Source: Escherichia virus TH23. From it: 52,433 nucleotides of DNA. The stretch is taken from sequence record MT446397.1. The stretch is one strand, 5' to 3'. The position numbers and the translations under genes were made by a program. The notes below the pieces were generated by a model, which was not told the DNA's origin, did not search any database, and was given only the letters and a program-made list of their open reading frames with translations. Shown piece by piece: positions 10,344 to 20,400 of this stretch (position 1 is its first letter; every line of letters begins with the position of its first letter).

Positions 10344-11290
10344 TTGAACAGTCTTCCTTTAACCGAGGACAGTGGAGATTCAAGTTTGGCAAGTTTGTCT
10401 TTCAACGTACCAAGTTGACTCACTGCCGTAGCACCTACTGCACCCAGACCTGGGAGAGATATGCCAGCACCACCGAGAGCACCTATTCCAGCACTTTGAG
10501 CAATCTTCCCAAACTCAGAGTAGTCTGTCATGGATTGCATTGCTTTACGTGCTTCGATTGCCAATGTATCTTCACCAATAACCTGCAATTCTTCCAGCGT
10601 GATTTCAACAGCCAGTATCGCAGAAGTCATCTTGTCAGTCTTAGTTCGAATGCCTGTTACTACGCAATTCAAATAAGGCCCAATGATGGTGGAGATGTAC
10701 AGCTTGGTTCCGGTCGAACGGAAGTTGTTGAACAAATCATAGGTAGACTGAATTCGGTTGCTTGTTTCAAATGCAGAAGCAACAGCACCAGCAGCAGCAC
10801 CAATGATTGGGATGATTGGGTTATTAAAGATTGCACCAGTGGCAACAGATAAACCCTGAACAGAAGCAGTCCACATTGCAGCGTTCTGCATGTTTGTTGC
10901 AACAGCAGTTAGCTTTAGGATTCGGTTCTGTTTGATGATGTGGTCACTTACCATGAAGCCCGAACTTACAGGGAACTTGGTAACGACTGATTGAGCATCA
11001 TGCTCTTCACTAACCATTGCATCAAACTTAAAAGAGTTGAAGCTCTCTGGAACCGAAGACATAACAAGGGATTCCATTGTCTTGGCAATGCCGCCAAAGG
11101 CTTTACCAAACAATCCTTCATCTTCTTTCTGAACCGATGGGCCATTTGACCACATGATTACAGATGGGTTATGCCCGTAGCTAAATGCTTTTGACAGGGA
11201 TGATAATCCATCCCCGATAAGACTTGTATCAATTAATGCCATTAGAAAGACTCCATAGCCATTCCACTGTTTAGGTAGGCTTGCTGCCAA
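10340..11290 (-). CDS. Hypothetical tail protein
   Basis: 316-aa ORF, A/G/S-rich, in tail operon. Confidence 0.3.
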   Translation of the reverse strand: MAASLPKQWNGYGVFLMALIDTSLIGDGLSSLSKAFSYGHNPSVIMWSNGPSVQKEDEGLFGKAFGGIAKTMESLVMSSVPESFNSFKFDAMVSEEHDAQSVVTKFPVSSGFMVSDHIIKQNRILKLTAVATNMQNAAMWTASVQGLSVATGAIFNNPIIPIIGAAAGAVASAFETSNRIQSTYDLFNNFRSTGTKLYISTIIGPYLNCVVTGIRTKTDKMTSAILAVEITLEELQVIGEDTLAIEARKAMQSMTDYSEFGKIAQSAGIGALGGAGISLPGLGAVGATAVSQLGTLKDKLAKLESPLSSVKGRLFK

Positions 11291-12348
11291 GCCGCTTCTT
11301 TACCGCCCATTGCAGTATTGCCACCAAGCATTGCAGTGATGGTTGTTTGGAAAACAGTTTCATGGGTTGAGCCATGATGGACAACTTCTGTAATGAAGTA
11401 TTTATCTTCCATCGCCCAACGGAACACGCTCTGGTCTGTGTTAAGAACAACACCCTTTCCAGTTACAGAGGTTACACCATTCGCCAGCAATTGTTCTCCC
11501 AACAAAGGAGATACATCAAGAATCATTCCTGGCTGATAACTCGCATTCAGAAATGTATTCAATGAATATGTTGCAATGCCAGCAATAGGATTCCCAATAA
11601 CCTGGTTGGCATCCAGCTTGATTGGTTCACGGTCTTTTGACATTCTATCTACAGCATCTTTGTTGCCGTAGGTATCTGGGAAGATTTGAATCTCACCAGT
11701 AGTTACAGAGAATAGTAAATTGTATTCTCCAAGCAGGGTTCGGAACTCTTCCAAGAATGTGTCATGGAATACTCGACCCAACTTCAACTGAGATTTGAAT
11801 ACAGACTCTTCAACACCAAAAGATGAAATAGTGGAGAAGCCGTAATCCGCACACATAGAACGAATGGCATCTTCCAACGTTGCACCATTTGGAATATCTT
11901 TCATCTGAGTAAATTCAGTAGATGCACCATAGGCTTTGGAGATGCAGAACAATTGTGTTACGTGTTCTGGAGGACGTCTGAATCCAACTGCGTTTGTTAC
12001 TATGCCAGAGAAGATTGTTGGGAGGATTTGACCAATCTCAATCCTTACTTCCGAATCAGCCTGACTTGGGCTTTGATACTTACTGTGACCAGCATTAACA
12101 ATGCGCTCGTCTTCATAGTATCCTGCACGAATTTCAATATACATATCACCATAGGACTTGTCTTGAAGGAATTTAACTTCATCAACGCCCAGGTTGTATA
12201 GAGTAATATCGGCAGTATCTGCGGGCCAACCAACAGTTGACCGGATGGTGAAATCAATCTTGTGCGCTTTAAACACAGACTTGGTTTCTGGGTCATCCTT
12301 TCTTGAGACAACTATCTCTATACCACGCATCCACGGCATGTTATACAC
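11242..12348 (-). CDS. Tail protein (possibly P2 gpD-like)
   Basis: 368 aa, immediately downstream of the tape-measure gene. Confidence 0.3.
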   Translation of the reverse strand: MYNMPWMRGIEIVVSRKDDPETKSVFKAHKIDFTIRSTVGWPADTADITLYNLGVDEVKFLQDKSYGDMYIEIRAGYYEDERIVNAGHSKYQSPSQADSEVRIEIGQILPTIFSGIVTNAVGFRRPPEHVTQLFCISKAYGASTEFTQMKDIPNGATLEDAIRSMCADYGFSTISSFGVEESVFKSQLKLGRVFHDTFLEEFRTLLGEYNLLFSVTTGEIQIFPDTYGNKDAVDRMSKDREPIKLDANQVIGNPIAGIATYSLNTFLNASYQPGMILDVSPLLGEQLLANGVTSVTGKGVVLNTDQSVFRWAMEDKYFITEVVHHGSTHETVFQTTITAMLGGNTAMGGKEAAWQQAYLNSGMAMESF

Positions 12349-12390
12349 CTATTGAAATTAATACATATTCAAATAATATTAAAGAGGAAT

Positions 12391-12408
12391 GCCGAGACGA
12401 ATCCCGGC
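12391..12408 (-). terminator. Weak hairpin followed by T-rich tract after the tape-measure gene (possible attenuator)
   Basis: gccgggattcgtctcggc on minus strand followed by attcctcttt; short stem. Confidence 0.2.
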
Positions 12409-12414
12409 ACTTTC

Positions 12415-15400
12415 TTATCTACGTTCCATTGCACCATTACCCATGTTGATTGTTTGGGTAACAGTTTGACCGTTCGGAGTTGACACGGTTGCAGACGCTT
12501 GCTTGTTGTTCACAGTAGCTTTGACTTCAACGTTAACTACAGTGGCCTGTGTCTGACCATAAGACAGTCCGTTTCTGGTGAAGCCAGTTGCACCTTCTGC
12601 GATAGAATCACCCTGAGAAGCCCATTCACGGTACTTCTTGACGCGGTTCTGTGCCTGTAGAGGAACAGCATTGAGCCAGTCGGTTCCGTGTTTGTTGATA
12701 GCATCATCAACAGTTCCAGCACCATCCGTATACGCCGCCATAGCCTTCTCAGCGTCACCATTATAACGCTTGAGCATTGCATCATAGTAGTCACGACCAA
12801 CGCGAGCACGTTCTTCCAGTGAGTTATCACGGGCAGGTTTAACGCCAAATCCTGGGTCACGGGAAGTTGAATCAAGAACCTGCATACGACCTTTGGCACC
12901 AGTCGGAGATGTAACCACCGAACCATCTGCGTTCAAATCGCGGTTCCCTGACTCTTCTCCTGCGATAAAGTCATATACCGTTCTGGTAGTATCAGCTAAA
13001 CCATTTGACGCTGTACGCGCTACTCTGGCCGCATCTCCACCTGCTTCGATAAATGAACTCCCGTATGATATTGCAGCTTGCGGGACTGCGTATCCTGGCA
13101 GCACCCCAGCACGCTCCGTCTGCGCTATTCCTAGCTGTGCAATACCATCGGCATACTGTGAGTTGGCACCACGGCTTACGTTCTCCTGAGCCTCGTTCAC
13201 GCTGTAATCTGTACGGTCATAGGCGCGAGCCATGCCATCCAGACCTGCCATCTCCATAGCGCCAGCGATACGAGCCTGACTCCAGCCCCGCTCCTGACCA
13301 CGTTCACGCATTACCCGCGCTAAGGCCACAGGGTCGCCCTGTGCCGCACGAATGTCGCCAATAGTGATAAGACCACGGGTTCCCTGAACGATGTTGACAG
13401 CGCCGCTAGGGTCGCCATTCAGGAGGGTGTTATAGGCACTATGTGTGGTTCGATTGAGTCGGCCAGCTTGTTGCTGATTAAGCCCCAACATCTCCAAGCC
13501 CTGTGACATGGAAGAATATTCATTAGGGTTATTGACACCAGCGTCTAAAGAGTTTCCGTAGAAATCGTTCAGACCTTCGAGCGCCTCGTTACCAATCTGG
13601 GTAGCACCGATAGCCATACCCGCCACACGTCCCCACGGGGTCATCATGAGGGCATTCATTGCACCATTGGATAGTGAGCCTATGCTACCGCCAGCTACGC
13701 CAGCAGCCAATGCGCCACCAGCACGACCGAAGTCATCTGAGAAGCTGCCACCAGTATTCCAACCACGACCGCCACCGCCACCGGAACCACCCCCACCAAT
13801 GCCATAACTACTAGCATCGAAGGTGTCCCAGAAGCCGCCACCACCGCCACGACCACCATTGTCCCCGAAGTCGGCATCTTGTCCACGCAGCTTATTTTCT
13901 TCCTGAGCAGCGAGGATACCTTTCTTGACAGATACTGCCATCAAGTCATTGCCAGTTGTGCTGTCAGAGCCTACGGCAGAGGCTGTGGCTTCCCCAACTC
14001 CAGCACTGGTACGGTTGCCTATGAATGGGTCATCGGCTGTACCAGCAGCGGCAGAGTAGCCACGCGTTGACTTCTGCTTAACATCCTTCCAGATACCATC
14101 GCCAGTCATTGCAGCACGAGCACCTTTGATTAAATCATCATTGGACAAGTCTGAATTAGCTTCAACAAACTCTCGACCAGCATTAAGACGACCAATAGTA
14201 GAATCAATCTTATCTTTGTTGCGTTCGTACCATCCCTCGTCCTTCTCAATCCATTCCGATACCGTCTTGTCTCCGATTGTCTGAGAGAACAATGCACGAC
14301 TACGGCCAGATACAAGCATGCCAAATTGAAGTTGGTCGAGATAGTCCTTATGCTCACCAGCAGACAGGTTAGAAAACTTCTTAGCCCTTTCAGGGTTCTT
14401 GTGTTCCCAAATCGCGTCATCACCGATAAGACCATCTGGGGAATACATGAACGACGGATAATTGTCATTTGTTATTGCGCCAGCTTGCTCAATGTCGAAT
14501 CCAAATTCTTTGGCGACACGGTTACGAGCAACTTCTTCCGTCCGATGACCTGCTTCGAACATTCGTTGAGTAAATTCACTTGGCCCCTTTCCGCGTTGTA
14601 GGCCAATCTTATCAACCATTGCAGCCCAGGGTCGGTTGTATTCATTGTTACCAAGAAACGAGCCAACAGTGGAACCAGTAATGTCATATTGCTTGCGGAA
14701 GTCTAACCATTCCTGAGTGCCCTGTTCCATGTTGTGATAACGGATTGGGCCTTCTTGCGGAGCTGGCTGTGGAGCAGAGTCCAAATTAGATATAGCAATG
14801 CTCTCACGACGAGAGCGAGCAGAGTTCCAACTTGTTGGAGAATCAAGTTGTGCAATAAACTCTGTTGAAGGACTTAATTCAGTAGGTCCAGTATTTCTTA
14901 AACGTTCAGCAGGGTCAAATGTTCGAGAAACTTCTGCCTCATTATATTGGTGAGCATTCTCAAGAACACCACGAATTGATGTACCAGAGTAACGAGGGTC
15001 GTCACCAATATCTTTCTTAAGGTTATCGTAACCGGAACGAACATCTGCAATGTCTGCATAACGAGAAGCAGAGTCCAGGATTAAATCTCTGTCAGAAGAT
15101 TGAGTGCGATATGCATTCATTCCTCTTTCAGCACCACCAGAATAAACCTTTGCCGCAGATTTAACTACGCCAGAAACATCTTGGTAGAGTGTCTTGCTTG
15201 CATCAGACCAACCTGGAGAACCAGACAAGGATGCAGATAGGGAATATTCAGACTTGATACCTCCACCAAATGAACCTATCGGAAGACCAGATGCGTTAAG
15301 AGGCTGTCGAGGATGCAGAATATCTCCAACAACAGATTCAGAACCAAGTTGAGGTAATGAATCCATGTATGAAAGTTTTGGCCCCGACTTATTTCCTACA

Positions 15401-16092
15401 TTCATTGCAGATACGGCAGCAACTTCTCGGAAGTTTTGCGGCAATTCTGATTCTAAACGTTTGGCTACACGATAAACATCTCGTGCATAGCGGTCTGGGT
15501 TGTCGTATTGTTCACGGTCAACATACATGTGAGCAAGATAGCCAAATGACTTGGCAATATCTCCACGGTTTGTGGAATATTCATCCATAATATTACCGGT
15601 ATAGTGTCCGGCAAGTTCAGGCATTATATCTTGATGACCTGCAAGAGTATCTCGCATGTACGAGTTAAGCATTCCCCAATGACCTTCCGGCTTGTTGGGG
15701 TTGGCTTTAGGCATGTGCATCCAAACATCATCAGCGGATACACCAAGTTGTTCCATGTATGCGTGAACTGCTTCTACATGGTGTCCTGGTCCGTTCATTG
15801 CAGCATGGAATGTTTCAGTCAGCCCAGCGCCAGAAATCATCTGTGCTATATGTGCTGCATCTGAAATCATATCAGAAGTCCCGTATGAAGTTTCATCCTC
15901 ATACATCTGGGAATCTGGTTCGCCCAAAAGCTGTGAATTTGTTTCCATCCAACCTGACGCAGCACTTGATTCAAGTTGCTGGGCCATATCTCGTTTGCGC
16001 ATACCAGGATTGAAGGACAGACCGTACTGAGCACCCATGCCGATTAGTTCGGCCTCGGATAGCTTCATTAAATCTTTTAAGTTCTTAGCCAT
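12415..16092 (-). CDS. Tape-measure-like large tail protein with an internal YqaJ-type nuclease-like segment, a glycine-rich tract and a C-terminal lytic transglycosylase (SLT) domain
   Basis: 1225 aa between chaperone and baseplate genes; QGTQEWLDFR...YSPDGLIGDDAIWEHKNP resembles the YqaJ/lambda-exonuclease motif; GGRGGGGGF...GGGGSGGGGGRG tract; ESGNRDLNADGSVVTSPTGAKGRMQV resembles the SLT catalytic region. Confidence 0.55.
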   Translation of the reverse strand: MAKNLKDLMKLSEAELIGMGAQYGLSFNPGMRKRDMAQQLESSAASGWMETNSQLLGEPDSQMYEDETSYGTSDMISDAAHIAQMISGAGLTETFHAAMNGPGHHVEAVHAYMEQLGVSADDVWMHMPKANPNKPEGHWGMLNSYMRDTLAGHQDIMPELAGHYTGNIMDEYSTNRGDIAKSFGYLAHMYVDREQYDNPDRYARDVYRVAKRLESELPQNFREVAAVSAMNVGNKSGPKLSYMDSLPQLGSESVVGDILHPRQPLNASGLPIGSFGGGIKSEYSLSASLSGSPGWSDASKTLYQDVSGVVKSAAKVYSGGAERGMNAYRTQSSDRDLILDSASRYADIADVRSGYDNLKKDIGDDPRYSGTSIRGVLENAHQYNEAEVSRTFDPAERLRNTGPTELSPSTEFIAQLDSPTSWNSARSRRESIAISNLDSAPQPAPQEGPIRYHNMEQGTQEWLDFRKQYDITGSTVGSFLGNNEYNRPWAAMVDKIGLQRGKGPSEFTQRMFEAGHRTEEVARNRVAKEFGFDIEQAGAITNDNYPSFMYSPDGLIGDDAIWEHKNPERAKKFSNLSAGEHKDYLDQLQFGMLVSGRSRALFSQTIGDKTVSEWIEKDEGWYERNKDKIDSTIGRLNAGREFVEANSDLSNDDLIKGARAAMTGDGIWKDVKQKSTRGYSAAAGTADDPFIGNRTSAGVGEATASAVGSDSTTGNDLMAVSVKKGILAAQEENKLRGQDADFGDNGGRGGGGGFWDTFDASSYGIGGGGSGGGGGRGWNTGGSFSDDFGRAGGALAAGVAGGSIGSLSNGAMNALMMTPWGRVAGMAIGATQIGNEALEGLNDFYGNSLDAGVNNPNEYSSMSQGLEMLGLNQQQAGRLNRTTHSAYNTLLNGDPSGAVNIVQGTRGLITIGDIRAAQGDPVALARVMRERGQERGWSQARIAGAMEMAGLDGMARAYDRTDYSVNEAQENVSRGANSQYADGIAQLGIAQTERAGVLPGYAVPQAAISYGSSFIEAGGDAARVARTASNGLADTTRTVYDFIAGEESGNRDLNADGSVVTSPTGAKGRMQVLDSTSRDPGFGVKPARDNSLEERARVGRDYYDAMLKRYNGDAEKAMAAYTDGAGTVDDAINKHGTDWLNAVPLQAQNRVKKYREWASQGDSIAEGATGFTRNGLSYGQTQATVVNVEVKATVNNKQASATVSTPNGQTVTQTINMGNGAMERR

Positions 16093-16260
16093 TGTCTTCT
16101 TCTTTAGGTTTTAGTTCATTACGCAAATCAAGTATTGCGTGGAAAGTTAACAAATCCATAATAGAGTAGGTCCCGTCCGAGAGTTCTTTAAGAGAACAGA
16201 GAGAACTGTCCTCTATTACAGGACGGTGCAGGAAGTATTTTATTTCCGGGAACTTCTGAG

Positions 16261-16719
16261 TTAAATCGTTTCCGGACTCGAATTCTTCTGCTCGGCCATT
16301 TTGGATGCTTCCACCGCCTCCAATTGTCTGCGTTCGTTGAGTTCGAGCCCTTGCTTGAAAAAATCAAGGAAGTTCGATTCAAGAACAAATGCAAACACAT
16401 GGTGCATGAGCATTAAATTGCCGTTGTACTTCATCTGCATAGTGCGTGGATTAACTTCGACACCATCAATGGTTGCCATACACACTACACGTTTAATTAA
16501 TTCTGTTACTTCCGTATGAGTTCCACCCTGCTGCATCAAATGAATAATGTCTGCAAAGTTATATTTGTTCTCAACGAATGGGAATATCGAAATACCGAGT
16601 TTCTGAACAAGCTCGACTTGGAGGTCAAGAGCTTGGCTGGCACCGAGTTGTCGCGTACCAACCAAGACTGTCTCACCAGAGTCGGCTTGTAACTCGCGTT
16701 GGCGAAGTTCACAAGCCAT
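16261..16719 (-). CDS. Tail assembly chaperone (possible frameshift extension into 16188..16400)
   Basis: 152 aa between tube and tape-measure genes; an overlapping ORF in another frame covers its 3' end. Confidence 0.4.
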   Translation of the reverse strand: MACELRQRELQADSGETVLVGTRQLGASQALDLQVELVQKLGISIFPFVENKYNFADIIHLMQQGGTHTEVTELIKRVVCMATIDGVEVNPRTMQMKYNGNLMLMHHVFAFVLESNFLDFFKQGLELNERRQLEAVEASKMAEQKNSSPETI

Positions 16720-16733
16720 GCTCTTACCTTATA

Positions 16734-17189
16734 TTAAACGCCGATTTCTGGATACTGGCCAGTCACGATGGTGAGGCGTTCTACAAACACAGCCCACATA
16801 TTCGAAGTGAAGGTTACACCACGAACGATTGCTGGCTGTTGCAGAATTGCACCGTTGACACCGTTAACCAGTACGTCACCCATCTTGTCAACCAATTGCA
16901 ACTGCAAAGGTTCCCAGAGGGATTTGTTACCAGACAAACCAGTTGCACGAGTAAGCTGTGCACGTTGGTAAAGGATTTCGTTCCAGTCTGCCGTTTGCAG
17001 CAGTGGGAAAGTGATAACCCCAGACTGGTCAGCAGTGGTTGCTACAGCAAGTTTGCCGTAAGCATCCATAACAGGAACATGCTGTGGCACGTTGTAGCGT
17101 GCCGTAATTACAGATTGCCCTGCCTGAAAACCGTCTACACGAGCACCGTCAATCAGGAGGTCTGTATTATAAAACGAATATTGCTTCAC
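16734..17189 (-). CDS. Tail tube protein
   Basis: 151 aa immediately downstream of sheath gene. Confidence 0.5.
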   Translation of the reverse strand: MKQYSFYNTDLLIDGARVDGFQAGQSVITARYNVPQHVPVMDAYGKLAVATTADQSGVITFPLLQTADWNEILYQRAQLTRATGLSGNKSLWEPLQLQLVDKMGDVLVNGVNGAILQQPAIVRGVTFTSNMWAVFVERLTIVTGQYPEIGV

Positions 17190-17198
17190 TGTTCACCC

Positions 17199-18647
17199 TT
17201 ACTGAATGAAGTTGCCAGAGATTACAGCACCCTGGATTGCACCGGAACCGATAGCAATAAAGGAAGTACCTTCCCAAATACGTTCACCCTTCTGCGACTG
17301 CAAGAGTTCTAACGGAGTAGAAATAACTTTGTAGCCTTCTGGATAGAAGACGCCTTCGTTATCATAGCCAGGGGCAATGAGGCCGTTAGTCTTAGCGAGT
17401 TCGAGCGCCAGGGTTACTTGCTGGTTAACCATTGCTACACCAGTGTCCGTCCAAGGAATCTTGGTAGTGGAGGTGTAGAACAAGTTGAACACGTTCAGTC
17501 GAACTTTCTGAGTCAGCCATTCAACACCTTGTACGGAGTCGAACCATGTGCCGTCAGCCATACGACCGTTGTAGAACATTACGTTGCCAGCAACAGAAAT
17601 GAATGCGTTACCACCACAAGAAAGCAGCGCACTTACCTGCCCAGAAGACAGGTCAGCAGTGGCGATACCTGGACCTTTCTTGTATGCCAGAATAAGAACA
17701 GAGTTTGCAACGTTAAAGTTAACAGTTGATGCACGACCCAGGATAGAAATTTCCGGATATTCATCACCATTCGCAGAAGCATCGTAAACACACAGAGTGT
17801 TACGCAGGTTCTGGTTCTTAGCACGACGGAAGCTGTTATCAGTGCCGTTGATAAGAATGTTCTTGTCGTTATCACCCCAGCCAAATACTTTGCTGGATGC
17901 TTCACACCACTTCGCCACAGACATTTGGTTGTCTACTGGAGAGGTTTTGCCACGATACTGGCGGTCAAGGCCCACATAGAAGAAGTTGAATGGAGCATCT
18001 GCAATATTAGACAAGTCGGAAGAAATGGATAGCTCGTTCTTACCAGCAACAATAACTGCGCTGTCAGAAGATTGCAGTTTCAGTACTTCACCAACTTTAC
18101 CACCAACGTTGCTGATAGTTGCGTTGATGCCAGTTGCAGAAGTGGTCAGCTTGAACTTGCCAGCTTCCTGAGTAACAGTTACGCCAGCACCAACAGAAGA
18201 TAGTGCAGTAGTTACTAGAGTTGCAACTTCTTCGAAGTCAGCAGCAGCAGAGAAATCAATCGGGTCAGTAACATACTGAACACCGCTAACACTTAACTGC
18301 ATGGTTGCAGCAGTTTCCAGCTTAATGGTTGCCAATACAGCAGCAGTTGCAGCAGTAACAGTGGCAGGAGTTGCTGGAGTCAAAGTATCGTACTTGATAG
18401 CACCAACCAGGAAAGTCTTCGGAGTTGGCTTCTGCGAGTACCAAGAGGTAGCAGCTTTAGCAATCTCACCACCAGGGAAGTCTGCGAGAACTTCTTTCAA
18501 ACTGGTATAGGAACGAACCGGATATACATCAACGGTCGGTACAAACTCTTTGCTCATAAAGAGCAATGGCCCAAAACCATCGGTCGCAATGGCGTTCGGG
18601 GAGATTGCGATATCAACCTGAACTAAATCAGAAATTGGGATTGACAT
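17199..18647 (-). CDS. Contractile tail sheath protein
   Basis: 482 aa; size, composition and position before the tube gene. Confidence 0.55.
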   Translation of the reverse strand: MSIPISDLVQVDIAISPNAIATDGFGPLLFMSKEFVPTVDVYPVRSYTSLKEVLADFPGGEIAKAATSWYSQKPTPKTFLVGAIKYDTLTPATPATVTAATAAVLATIKLETAATMQLSVSGVQYVTDPIDFSAAADFEEVATLVTTALSSVGAGVTVTQEAGKFKLTTSATGINATISNVGGKVGEVLKLQSSDSAVIVAGKNELSISSDLSNIADAPFNFFYVGLDRQYRGKTSPVDNQMSVAKWCEASSKVFGWGDNDKNILINGTDNSFRRAKNQNLRNTLCVYDASANGDEYPEISILGRASTVNFNVANSVLILAYKKGPGIATADLSSGQVSALLSCGGNAFISVAGNVMFYNGRMADGTWFDSVQGVEWLTQKVRLNVFNLFYTSTTKIPWTDTGVAMVNQQVTLALELAKTNGLIAPGYDNEGVFYPEGYKVISTPLELLQSQKGERIWEGTSFIAIGSGAIQGAVISGNFIQ

Positions 18648-18649
18648 TA

Positions 18650-19168
18650 TTAAACCTTTTTGGTTGTGATAAGTGTATTACCATCATAGAAGTTGCCACC
18701 AACATATGCGCCAGACATGACTCCGATAGGACTCAAATCTTCACGAATAACATTGAATTGCATTTTAACCGCTTGGCGAACTTCCCAATTGGTTTCCATT
18801 TGTATGGTGGCAAGATTTAAAGGTTCTTTACCAAGAGCAGCAAACTTCTCCTGCTTCAATTTGGCTTGAACATCGGGACGGTAAAACGAATTATCAAACT
18901 TGATAAATTCATCACCCTCACGAGAAAACATTATTGCAAATGTCAGAATACGAACACCACGAGTACGGAATATCTCTTCGCCATTAATGGTTACTATTCT
19001 GTTCTCGTCAAAACCTGGGTTGGTGCTTGATAAACATTTGATTGCAGCATACTCACCATGGGGTCGGGGAGCGTTAATCTGCATGTTGTATGTAAATTGT
19101 GGGATGCCCACACATACATCTACAATCTCTTTCATGGATTGTAGTTCTTCAAGTCTAATATCCATCAC
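18650..19168 (-). CDS. Hypothetical neck / tail-completion protein
   Basis: 172-aa ORF between head and tail modules. Confidence 0.3.
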   Translation of the reverse strand: MMDIRLEELQSMKEIVDVCVGIPQFTYNMQINAPRPHGEYAAIKCLSSTNPGFDENRIVTINGEEIFRTRGVRILTFAIMFSREGDEFIKFDNSFYRPDVQAKLKQEKFAALGKEPLNLATIQMETNWEVRQAVKMQFNVIREDLSPIGVMSGAYVGGNFYDGNTLITTKKV

Positions 19169-19581
19169 TTCTCCAGTACGCGAGCGGCAATCACGGAGAA
19201 GAACCCAGCATCTTCATAATCGTTTATTGCTATAACTTTATACTGAATGCCGTAAACAGTGATAATGGATTTCATAGGCATCTTAGTACGACTATGAATC
19301 TTCATGAATGCTGGCTGACGTTCGCCAACATCAGTCGCTTTAAGCTGTTGACCAGCTACACCTGAATCCCTGTCTCCATATGCAATGGGAGTACAGCGGA
19401 ACTTCTTCGGAGGTGCCCAGGAATCTTCCACCCAGTTATTAAGATTGTCGTAATAACCTTCTATATAAACTGCAATGGTGGGTCGGTTTGTGGTTGTGTA
19501 TCTGTTAAATGCTCGACGTTGATTTATCACATCTGCCACCCTGGAGAAATTCGAGGGCCAGCAAAAGCCATACGTCGCCAT
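19165..19581 (-). CDS. Hypothetical head-tail joining protein
   Basis: 138-aa ORF, position only. Confidence 0.3.
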   Translation of the reverse strand: MATYGFCWPSNFSRVADVINQRRAFNRYTTTNRPTIAVYIEGYYDNLNNWVEDSWAPPKKFRCTPIAYGDRDSGVAGQQLKATDVGERQPAFMKIHSRTKMPMKSIITVYGIQYKVIAINDYEDAGFFSVIAARVLEK

Positions 19582-19916
19582 TGCAAATAACGTTGCCCAT
19601 AAACGGTAGACATGAGGTCAGCTTCAACATAGGGAATTGTTGAAATGATTCGGTCGCTAAACTCTACCTGCACATCGTCAACATCTGTACGACTTACAGG
19701 TATAGATGGCATAGCAGCATCCCCAGGCAGTAGGTCGTCAATTGTTGAAGACCAATGCGCAATAAGGGATGCCATTGCTGGGTCATAAAACCCACACCAA
19801 CGCGATTCGATTGTTCCCATCATCAGTTTTGCATCTTCAACTAAGATTTCAAAACGGTCTTGGGTCATGTCAGCCATTGCAGGATAACGTTTAACCAAAT
19901 CGGTTAGTGTTATCAT
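19527..19916 (-). CDS. Hypothetical head-tail adaptor
   Basis: 129-aa ORF, position only. Confidence 0.3.
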   Translation of the reverse strand: MITLTDLVKRYPAMADMTQDRFEILVEDAKLMMGTIESRWCGFYDPAMASLIAHWSSTIDDLLPGDAAMPSIPVSRTDVDDVQVEFSDRIISTIPYVEADLMSTVYGQRYLQWRRMAFAGPRISPGWQM

Positions 19917-20357
19917 TTACGCCAACTTATCGTAGAGGGCCAGTTTAGCTTCTTCCGGCATATCTTTGATGTTCACGCCGTTAGCAACCAACACTTTATC
20001 AATGTCAGGCATACCAACTTTCACGCGTTCAACAATAGACAGACTGCCAGCTTTGATAGCTTCTTTGACCAGGTTTACTTTACGAGTTTTACCCGTGGTG
20101 TAATATTCCTTAATCACGAGTGCTTCTTTGCCAGACTTAACGTCAGCACCAATGTTGGAGTCGTCCAGCTTAACTTCTTCTTCACGCATCACTTCAACTT
20201 CAGTGACAGAAGAGGTAATTGCTTTATACACTTCATCATCAATTTCAACAGTTGCACCGCCAGGAATGTGTACAAAATCCAGTACAGGTTTGCCAGATTT
20301 ATCCTTCTTATAGAAGAAGAATTGGAGGTTGCGAGTTTCGTTGTTCTTAAGCTGCAT
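19917..20357 (-). CDS. Hypothetical head protein
   Basis: 146-aa ORF directly downstream of the capsid gene. Confidence 0.3.
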   Translation of the reverse strand: MQLKNNETRNLQFFFYKKDKSGKPVLDFVHIPGGATVEIDDEVYKAITSSVTEVEVMREEEVKLDDSNIGADVKSGKEALVIKEYYTTGKTRKVNLVKEAIKAGSLSIVERVKVGMPDIDKVLVANGVNIKDMPEEAKLALYDKLA

Positions 20358-20359
20358 TA

Positions 20360-20395
20360 CATTTCTCTTAAATTAGGCGAGATTTCTCCCGCCAT
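20360..20395 (-). terminator. Possible attenuator hairpin after the major capsid gene
   Basis: ggcgggagaaatctcgcc followed by A/T-rich run between the capsid stop and the next start. Confidence 0.2.
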
Positions 20396-20400
20396 CTGGG

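Noticed and set aside
16578-17312. Plus-strand ORFs of 150-250 aa (16578..17312, 22788..23423, 10262..10852, 20602..21171, 50243..50785, 26276..26779)
   Set aside because: Each lies entirely antisense within a well-supported minus-strand gene and has low-complexity composition; these are shadow ORFs.
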